Shown piece by piece: positions 54,683 to 64,000 of a stretch of 64,000 bases of DNA. Under the pieces are notes generated by a model, which had not been told where the DNA came from, searched no databases, and was given only the letters and a program-made list of their open reading frames with translations. Origin of the DNA: the human T2T-CHM13v2.0 reference genome, Homo sapiens; assembly GCF_009914755.1 (NCBI RefSeq), contig NC_060936.1, one strand, 5' to 3'. The translations under genes and the position numbers were made by a program. Each line of letters begins with the position of its first letter. Position 1 is the stretch's first letter.

Positions 54683-55424
54683 TTAAATTACCTCTCCAAT
54701 AAAAAAAATTATACTAAATATCTTGGTGATTTATATAGCTCTAATTCTCTCTATCTCTGTCTCTTTGACTTTTTTTCTCTCTCTCTTTACCTAAATTATA
54801 TATTCTGCTGCTATTCTGGCTTGCCGCAGGTGGTTGGGAATATGTGGCTGGCTGTGGAATCTTGAGCTGTTCATTCGGTCTCACGAAGGAAGAGGATCTC
54901 ACCTTCTATTTGGCTTATTTATAAGCATCTAGGGTCTCCTTCCCTGGGGTACACATTATTCTTTATTAGGCTAGAAAGATAAATACTAGGATCATTGAGA
55001 TTGTGGGACCCCATTTGTTCATATTTCCTAGAAGTGTTGCGTTCACTAATCTGGCTTCACCTTGCAAGGGAAATTTCCTTTACTTAGCCAGTACTGACAG
55101 GGCCATTGCACTTGGACATTTTAAAAAGAGGAAGAGCGGTTGGGGAACTCCAATCCTGACTTCTTCAAAATACACCCTTAGAGACATCACACACATGCAT
55201 CCTTCCTGTTGATTCCTACACCTGGTCCCTGTCAGAGGCTAAATCCTCAGAGGCTAAAAAATTATGGGCTCTTCATCAGTAAATATGGAGGAGGGGGTGG
55301 GTTCTGTCACCAAAACCCTTGAAAACCTAATCAACTAAGTTAATTTCATTTCACTTGGAATCTACTGATAAGCAGTGCAAAAAAATTATTTTGGGCTTTG
55401 CTCTGTGAATTCTTGGGTTTGCTG

Positions 55425-55432
55425 TGACGTCA
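55425..55432. promoter_or_regulatory. Perfect CRE palindrome TGACGTCA (motif only)
   Basis: GTGACGTCAC at 55424-55433 in apparently unique DNA; function unproven. Confidence 0.3.
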
Positions 55433-56092
55433 CTAATTCTGAGATCTGCCACCTGCCCAGCTCTCCAATTAATCCTGGGTCCTCAGAGCACAGATTGGAA
55501 ATAACAGGCAGAGAGGATCTTTAATCTGGTTTAGAAAACTCTCCCTGATATCTAAACTATGTCCTAGTTAAATGGGCTTGAAAATGAGAAGAAACACCTC
55601 ACTGATGTGGCTGGGGGCACGGAGTGAGGTATAGGGGTAATCTCAGAGAGTTGGGGCTCCTCCCAGATGTCCTCATCCCATCTGTCCAGATCTTATATTT
55701 TCCTCACAGGCACACCAGCCTTAGAAATTGTTGAAATAGGGTAAAGAATGGTGGTAGAGAATGAAGCTGCCACATTCTGCCTTGTGCATGGTTACAGGAG
55801 ATGCTACACCTTTTCATGTACGGTTCTACTTGGCTCCTCTTCCCAAGTTACCAGTTCACACTCATGCACCACCTGCTCTCAGATGACAATAGTGGGCCAT
55901 GTCTGTGTCTGTACTTTGTAGTTGTTAAAGCTACAAGAGAGACCTGGAATGCTAATACCTTGATAATTAGATATCACGTTCCTCAAAGTTTAACCACTGA
56001 GGGCTCGTGACTTTAGTTCTATAAGGGAGTGAATTAAGACTCTCAAATTCTCATCCCAACATGGGATTTCCTCTTTGTACCACTATACACAG

Positions 56093-56315
56093 CTCCTTCC
56101 TTCCTTCTTTCCTTCCCTCCTTCCTTCCTTTCCTCCTTTCTTTCTCTTTCTTTTTTCTTTCTTTCTCTTTCTTTTTTCTTCTTTCTTCTTTCTTTTTCTT
56201 TCTCTTTCTTTCTTTTGTCCTTTCTTTCTCTCTCTCTTTCCTTCCTTCCTTCCTTCCTATCTTTCTTTCTTTCTTCTTTCCTATTTTTTCTTTCTTTCTT
56301 TCTTATTTTTGTTTT
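56093..56315 (+). repeat. CT-rich low-complexity tract
   Basis: Mixture of (TTCC) and (TTTC) units. Confidence 0.93.
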
Positions 56316-56629
56316 TAACTTTTGCTAGAAGTCTGTCATTTGCATTTTTCCCTTCCATCAAGGTACTTATTATTTAGGGGTTTCGGTAGTAGTAACCATT
56401 ATTTCAATTCTAACCACAAAAAAAGGAATATATTAAAAGGATATGGAGAAACTGCTGTGCGGAGTGTGACAGAGAAGATTACTTTCACTAAAACACCCTG
56501 GACATTGTAAATTAAGCAAAGAAGAAAGACTCAGAAATGTGGAGAGAAGAAGGCAGACCAGCTAGGGATGGAGAGATCTAAGAACGGCACGCGATAGTTT
56601 CCTGGGTTTCTCTTTGCCTTACATATTCT

Positions 56630-56944
56630 ATGTTCTCACCAATGGAATGTGAGCTGATGTGACACATGCCAGCTTTTAGCCACGGCTTTCAGAAAGTCTT
56701 TGCCTTCTCCATCTCTTCTCCTTCCCTGTGTATGGCAATGTGCAGGCGACGATGAGATCCAAAGTGATTGGAGCCATAAGATGCAGGGAGCCTGGGCTGT
56801 AGATTTACTGCCTGGAGGAAGCCACCTGCCAACCAGGAGCATTTGCCTTGGTCACATGGACGAGAAACAAACTTCTGTTTGTTTCAGACACTGAAATTTG
56901 GAGATATACTTATTCTTGCAATCCAGCATTACTTTAAGAATACA
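56630..56944 (+). mobile_element. Old MLT1 (I/J-like) LTR fragment
   Basis: ccaatggaatgtgagctgatgtgaca...gagaaacaaacttctgt...cactgaaatttggaga. Confidence 0.6.
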
Positions 56945-56959
56945 AAAATAATAGTGAGG

Positions 56960-57720
56960 GATGGTTGATTTGCTACATATCATAACATATATTTCTATAA
57001 ATTTATAGCAATTAAAACAGTATCATGCCAATATTGATCTTGATAGACTGGTCAATATCACAGAATTCAGCAGATCCACATACTCATAAATTTAGCACAC
57101 AATTAAGACAATATTCAAATCAGTGGGAAATGTGGTATGAATAGACCGATGACAGTTCAATAAATGATGCTTTGCTACTTCAGGAAAAAAATTTAGGTTT
57201 CTACCCCATGCGTTAGAAAAATAAACTCCTGATGAAATGCAGAGCTAAGTACAATGCGACTGCAAAAATATTTTTAAGAATTATATCAGACTATATATTA
57301 GATACGAGGAAGAATATTCCTACTTAGTAATTAATGAGGTATAAAAGTTATTACTAAATATTTTCATAAACTTGAATATTAAAAATTAAAATGAATCAAT
57401 AAAGTTAAAATAATGGTGATAAATTAGGAATTATATCTATAGTATATATACCAGATATGATTAAAATTCACATATCTAAAGAACTAATATATTTCAGAAA
57501 TAACAATATAGACAACTCAAAGAAAAATGGTCAGAGCATTTGAACATAAGAAGAGAAATGAAAATGTTAAAGAAACATACAAACTCTTCTCGCTCACAGA
57601 AGTCCTTAGAGAAACTCATTTAAAAAAATTGAAATATGTGGAACAAGATTAGCAAAACAATAAATTTAGTAATATTGAGGTTTGGAGTAGTCATATTGTT
57701 GAAAGACTGATTCTATTGTA
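56960..57720 (+). mobile_element. Old L1ME ORF2-end relic
   Basis: agcaattaaaacagta...ttcaataaatgatgc...caactcaaagaaaaatgg. Confidence 0.55.
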
Positions 57721-58914
57721 TAATTTTGTTCAATATATTTAGTTCTTCTTTAATAGATCTTCTGTGTGAGTCCTTTGCCCACATATTGATAATTGCTAGA
57801 CAAGTATGAAGGTAAATTTGATTTTTAAAAGTTTACAAAAACAATGTTTGCGTGATTACAAGTTTCCTGGGAGATCTCACACAGCAATGATGTTTGTTAA
57901 ACAGTAATTAAACACTATATCATCTATCTGAAATACTACCTTTTAAAAATAATTTTGAAAGTAAAAATATGAAACAAAGTAAATTATCATTTGCATATAG
58001 CAAAAAACATACAATTCTAGCTCTATTCCCTGACTCAGAGGTTCATGTATTACTCCTTTTATAAAAAGTATACACAGATTATAAAGAAAACACAAATAAC
58101 TTAGAAGATAAACTATAAGAACAGCTGCCGCAATAAAAGTCTTGAAATTCTGAAATGCCAAAGGCTAAAGTTTATTACACAATTCATGATTGATTTAGCT
58201 GGTGCGAGTTACTGAATACTCCAAGATTTCATTTCAAGGCTCAAGTATTTGCCCAGCCACCTGGGACAGAGTATATAGAAAAGTTTGTAGAAGTTAAAAA
58301 ACAGAAAGAGTTCAGAGTTTTTGTCACTCACACTGCCTCCATCTGTGTCTTTCCTGCCTGTCTTTTGTTCACCTCTCCTATTTTTTAAGGATATGTTTAC
58401 ATGGTGTCTCCTGCTTCCCACCAAGCCACTGGAATAGCAGATTCAGGCTGAGAACCTCCAGCAGGAAGGGACTTCTCAATGTAACTGCCCCCAGAGAGGC
58501 TGCTACAGTTTCCTCTGAACCAGTGCCGTACTCCACCTGGAGAGACCAGGGAGGCTTTGTTGTCTCAACTGCAGGCTTCATAGGAACTCAGGCATGTTGC
58601 ACTTACAGTAGGGTTTTCGTGCCTTTCCTCCATTCTTTTTTTGGAAGGGTGATCGAACTGATGAGTGGTGAAGGATAAGGGGAACATCAGCTCATCTGTG
58701 AATTATTTTTATTGATCACATTAAAATTGGTTCAGATCTTTGGCCAATACTGTTTGTTCTTTCTCCTAATATTATAAATTGTAATAAATGTTGTGTACAA
58801 ATCTTTTTGTTTCTTTGTGTTATTTCTAATTTTGGAACTTGCTTTTGCTGTATGTAGTATTATTAATGAGGTGGGCACAGTTTGAAGGCTCTAGACGCCC
58901 AGCTTCCCAGGTGG

Positions 58915-59117
58915 TTCCTTCCTTCCTTCCTTCCTTCCTTCCTTCCTTCCTTCCTTCCTTTCCTTTCCTTCTTCCTTCCTCCTTCCTTCCTCCTTCCTTC
59001 CTTTTTCCTTCCTCCTTCCTTCCTTTTTCCTTCCTTCTTCCTTCCTTCCTTCCTTCCTCCTTCCTTCCTTCCTTTTGTTTCTTCTTTCTCTCTCTCTTTC
59101 TTCTTTTTCTTTTTTTG
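58915..59117 (+). repeat. (TTCC)n = (GGAA)n microsatellite (Alu tail)
   Basis: 11 uninterrupted TTCC units at 58915-58958, then many interrupted units. Confidence 0.96.
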
Positions 59118-59397
59118 AGACACAGTCTTGCTCTGTTGTCCAGGCTGCAGTGCAGTAGCATGATCTCCGTTCACTGCAACCTCCGCCTCCTGGGTTCAAG
59201 GACTCTCCTGCCTCAGCCTCCCTAGTAGCTGGGATTACAGGTTCCTGCCACCATGCCTGGCTAATTTTTGTATTTTTAGTAGAGACAGGGTTTCCCCATG
59301 TTGGCCAGGCTGGTCTTGAACTCCTGACCTCAGGTGATCTGGCAGCCTTGGCCTCTCAAAGCGCTGGTATTACAGGCATGAGCCACCACACGCACCC
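59112..59397 (-). mobile_element. AluSx-like element
   Basis: TSD cccaggtggt at 58906 and 59398 brackets the Alu plus the microsatellite. Confidence 0.95.
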
Positions 59398-59688
59398 CCC
59401 AGGTGGTATGTGTCTAAGGGAGACTTTACTATGTAATCCACAAGGTTGGAAAGGTGCCAGGAAAATAGTCTGTTTTTTGGGTAGTGGGTGTGTCCAACAC
59501 ATAGTGAGGAGGGCTCTTCCTGGGCTCCCTCAGCTAGGAAGATCTGCTTTTAGGCATGTTTATGCAAAGGCTTGTACAGCTTCTAGGCTGGGATCTGTCT
59601 TCAAGGCAGTGTTTTAATAAGCTGCAAGTCATGATGCGTTTGTGGTATGAAATAAATGCTGAGACTAACATTAAAAGAAAAAAAATGT

Positions 59689-59989
59689 AGTGGGCATGGT
59701 GGCTGACACTTGTAATCCCAGCACTTTAGGAGGCCAAGAAAGGAGGATTTCTTGAGCCCAGGAGTTAGAGACCAGCCTGGGAAACACAGTGAGACCCTGT
59801 CTCTACAAAAACAAATTTGAAATATTAGCCAGGCATGGTGGTGCACCCCTGCAGTCCCAGCTACTTGGGAGGCTAAGGCAGAAGCATCACCTGAGCCCAG
59901 TAGATTGAGGTTGCAGTAAGCTATGATTGTGTTACTGTGCTCCAACATGGGTGACAAAGCAGAACCTTACCTCAAAAAAAAAAAAAAAA
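59689..59989 (+). mobile_element. AluJ
   Basis: ttgagcccaggagtt in the arms; A tail. Confidence 0.93.
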
Positions 59990-60149
59990 GTAATGGGATA
60001 GGATGGAATAGAATAGCTCAGAGAATTAGAATACCTTACTACCTTATTACAGGTACTAAGATAAATTTAGATTTTTGAAATGTTACTTGAATTATTTGTG
60101 TGTACTTGTGTAACGTAAGATGAATTTCTTACTCTGAATTCTAGTCAAA

Positions 60150-60475
<326 letters not shown>

Positions 60476-60950
60476 TTATATTAAAAAAGAGAAAAGCCAC
60501 TACTTGGGTAATGTTAATTTAGCATTAGTATAGACCCATGGGGCTTAAGGTTAATATAATAATAATAGCCAATATTCTAGGGTGACTCAGTTATTTCTCA
60601 GAATTTCTAATAGGCCTTACAGGTATACCAGAAACTTCTCTGAGGTCCCATGAGTTTGTGGGTCCCAGGACCAGCTTGTCCCTGGGTGCAGTGAGCCCAT
60701 AGCTCACACCTCCCATGCTGCATGAGCTTAGACTTTTTCCCTTTCTTCCACCTCTCTGTGAATCACTAAAGTGAGTGCGTGTGTGATACCCAAGTCTGTG
60801 CATGGACCTCTATGACTCTCAGCACAGGTCCATTCGAAATACTTTGTTATATTTATAATAGATAAAATTAGAATCACCAAAAAGCCATAATAAATGTAAA
60901 ATAATTGTTAAAATTGGTAAGACCTTATATCTAACAAAATATTATGCAGT

Positions 60951-62159
<1,209 letters not shown>

Positions 62160-62171
62160 ACCTAAAATTTT

Positions 62172-62640
62172 TAATTCACTAATTCACTCATTCGACAAAT
62201 ATTTCTTGAGCATGAAATATGTGTCCTCACCTTGGCTAGAAGGCCTATAGTGAGAAAGGCGTATATTCTAACTTCTGATGCTTCTGGTGCAGTGGAGAGG
62301 TCGACAATAAACGGGAGAACAGGTGAAATGAATATGACAGCCCTTATAGGGCTATACTGAAAATAATCAGAGAACAGGAAAGACAAGCCTATTGTTCTCA
62401 GGGTGCTCAGAGATGGGCCCACCTAGGAGGCAGTTAGTTCTTTAGTCTGAGACGTAAAGGATGAGAAAATTCAGCCAAGAATAGAGCAGTAAAAAAAGAT
62501 ATTTCAGGACAAGGGAATAACAAAAGAGCCCAGAGACTAGAGATAACTGGAAAGTTCCAGTAGTCAGTGTGGCTTGTGTGTGCCGACGGGGAAAGGCACA
62601 AAAGCGTGTGAAGTGGAGGCACAGCTTAGGCCATGCTAGA
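62172..62640 (-). mobile_element. L2 3' region
   Basis: attcactcattcgacaaatatttcttgagca start. Confidence 0.6.
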
Positions 62641-62689
62641 CCTGCTGAGGAGAAAATGCTACAATGTTTAGCATCATAGAAAAAGGTCC

Positions 62690-62812
62690 TAACATGCTTT
62701 CTCTAGAGTTAATGCATTTAATCTTCACAACAACCTCATGAAGGAGGCACTGCTATTGTGCCCCGTTGCAGACAAGGAAATGGAGGTTCTCAGAGAGTAA
62801 GAAACATGCCTA
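62690..62812 (-). mobile_element. MIR
   Basis: catttaatcttcacaacaacctcatga...gcagacaaggaaatggagg. Confidence 0.7.
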
Positions 62813-62849
62813 CACTAGCGACAACCCAGCACTACATGTGGTAGAATCA

Positions 62850-63335
62850 AAAGCGTGTTCACACAAAACTTGTACACAAATGTTTACAGCAGCATTATTC
62901 ACGATAGCCAGAAAGTGCAAACAACCCATATGGCCTGGATAATCATCCACACAATGAGATATTATTTAGCCATAGAAAGGAATAAAATTCTGATGCATGC
63001 TAGAATATGAATGAACTTTGAAAACATCACACTAAGTGAAAAAAGCCAGACACAGAATGATATCGTATGATTCCACTTATATGTAAACTTCAGAATAACC
63101 GCATCCATACGGACAGAAAAGAGATTAGTGCTTGCAGGGTCTTGGGGGACTGCAGAAATGGACAGTGACTGCTACTGGGTACAGGGTTTCTTTTGGGAGT
63201 TATGAAAATGATCTGGAATTAGTGGTGATGGTTTTACAACTCTGTGCATATAACAAAAACCATCGAATTGTATACTTCAAGGGGGAGAGCTTTATGACAC
63301 ATGAATTATATCTCAATAAAGTCATTACTCAAAAA
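62850..63335 (+). mobile_element. L1MB/MC-type 3' end
   Basis: aaaacttgtacacaaatgtttacagcagcattattc...gtatgattccacttat...tgaattatatctcaataaag. Confidence 0.88.
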
Positions 63336-63869
63336 TGAAAGAAACGTGTTCAAAGTCACAGAGGCAGTGACAGTTCTTGGATTTGGAGCTGGCAATCAGG
63401 CTGTGGTTTGTGCTCATTTTTACTGTGCTATGCACCGTCTGTTCCTTCTGATAACTGGAGAGAGGCATGATTTTTACCCAACGAAGAAAAATAATCCCCT
63501 GCTCTGCAGATTACAACTTCTGTGATGCATGGATGTTTTAAAAATTAATTTTAATCAGTGCAGTGGGTTGGAGATTCATGGAAGATAGTGTTTGTGCTGT
63601 CTTCATTGAACATTATCATTAATAAGCTGATTTTACATTTTTTTTACATGAACACAGGTGTGATAAATTCCTAGTTAGAAATTATATAAGGCTGGATTAA
63701 AGTGTCCACATATCAAAACTCTTATGTGTATGTTATCATATGCCTACATATAATGCATGCTTAGTGGCTGATGGTCTTGGAGACACATCCCATGTATTTG
63801 GCATAGAATGTTCAAATACATTTGGCAAAGAAGAGTGGCCCGTAGGTTGCACCTGTGTGAATAAGGGCC

Positions 63870-64000
63870 ATTGAGTCAGAGGAACCTGAAACCGTTTCCC
63901 GGGTCTTTCACTGACAAGTCTTTGATGTTAGACAAATTAACTCTCCAGAGCCCCAGTTTCCTTATGGGTAAAACTGGTATATTAGTAGTATCTAGTTTAT
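63870..64000 (+). mobile_element. MIR fragment
   Basis: gagtcaga...ttaactctccagagccccagtttcc. Confidence 0.55.

Noticed and set aside
56061-59225. ORF clusters at 56061-56377 and 58826-59225
   Set aside because: Low-complexity CT/GA tract translations

Overview
Primate (very likely human) gene-poor, repeat-dense genomic DNA. I find no credible protein-coding exon, tRNA/rRNA gene, CpG-island promoter or CRISPR array. The ORF-track hits are explained by Alu, L1, LTR or low-complexity sequence; the only protein-like residues are L1 ORF2 C-termini and a decayed piggyBac transposase N-terminus. The window holds about 21 Alu copies or fragments, many L1/L2/MIR relics, about 18 solo LTRs (THE1/MST/MLT, MER41-like, MER11D-like) and DNA-transposon relics (MER75, Tigger2a, MER30, MER20). 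I cannot support a novel biological system from sequence alone. The best oddities are: (1) a 94-bp piece of CpG-retaining unique DNA (7019-7112, containing a splice acceptor) copied into the A-box region of an Alu 1.6 kb downstream; (2) a 29-bp-arm near-perfect hairpin whose loop is exactly AATAAA (33112-33175); (3) a TSD-flanked, left-arm-only AluY inside a full MER75 piggyBac MITE; (4) an older ~180-bp dispersed local duplication; (5) Alu-tail-derived (CTTT)n/(GGAA)n arrays. Repeat subfamily names come from my recollection of consensus sequences and should be confirmed with RepeatMasker/Dfam. Boundaries of old repeats are approximate.
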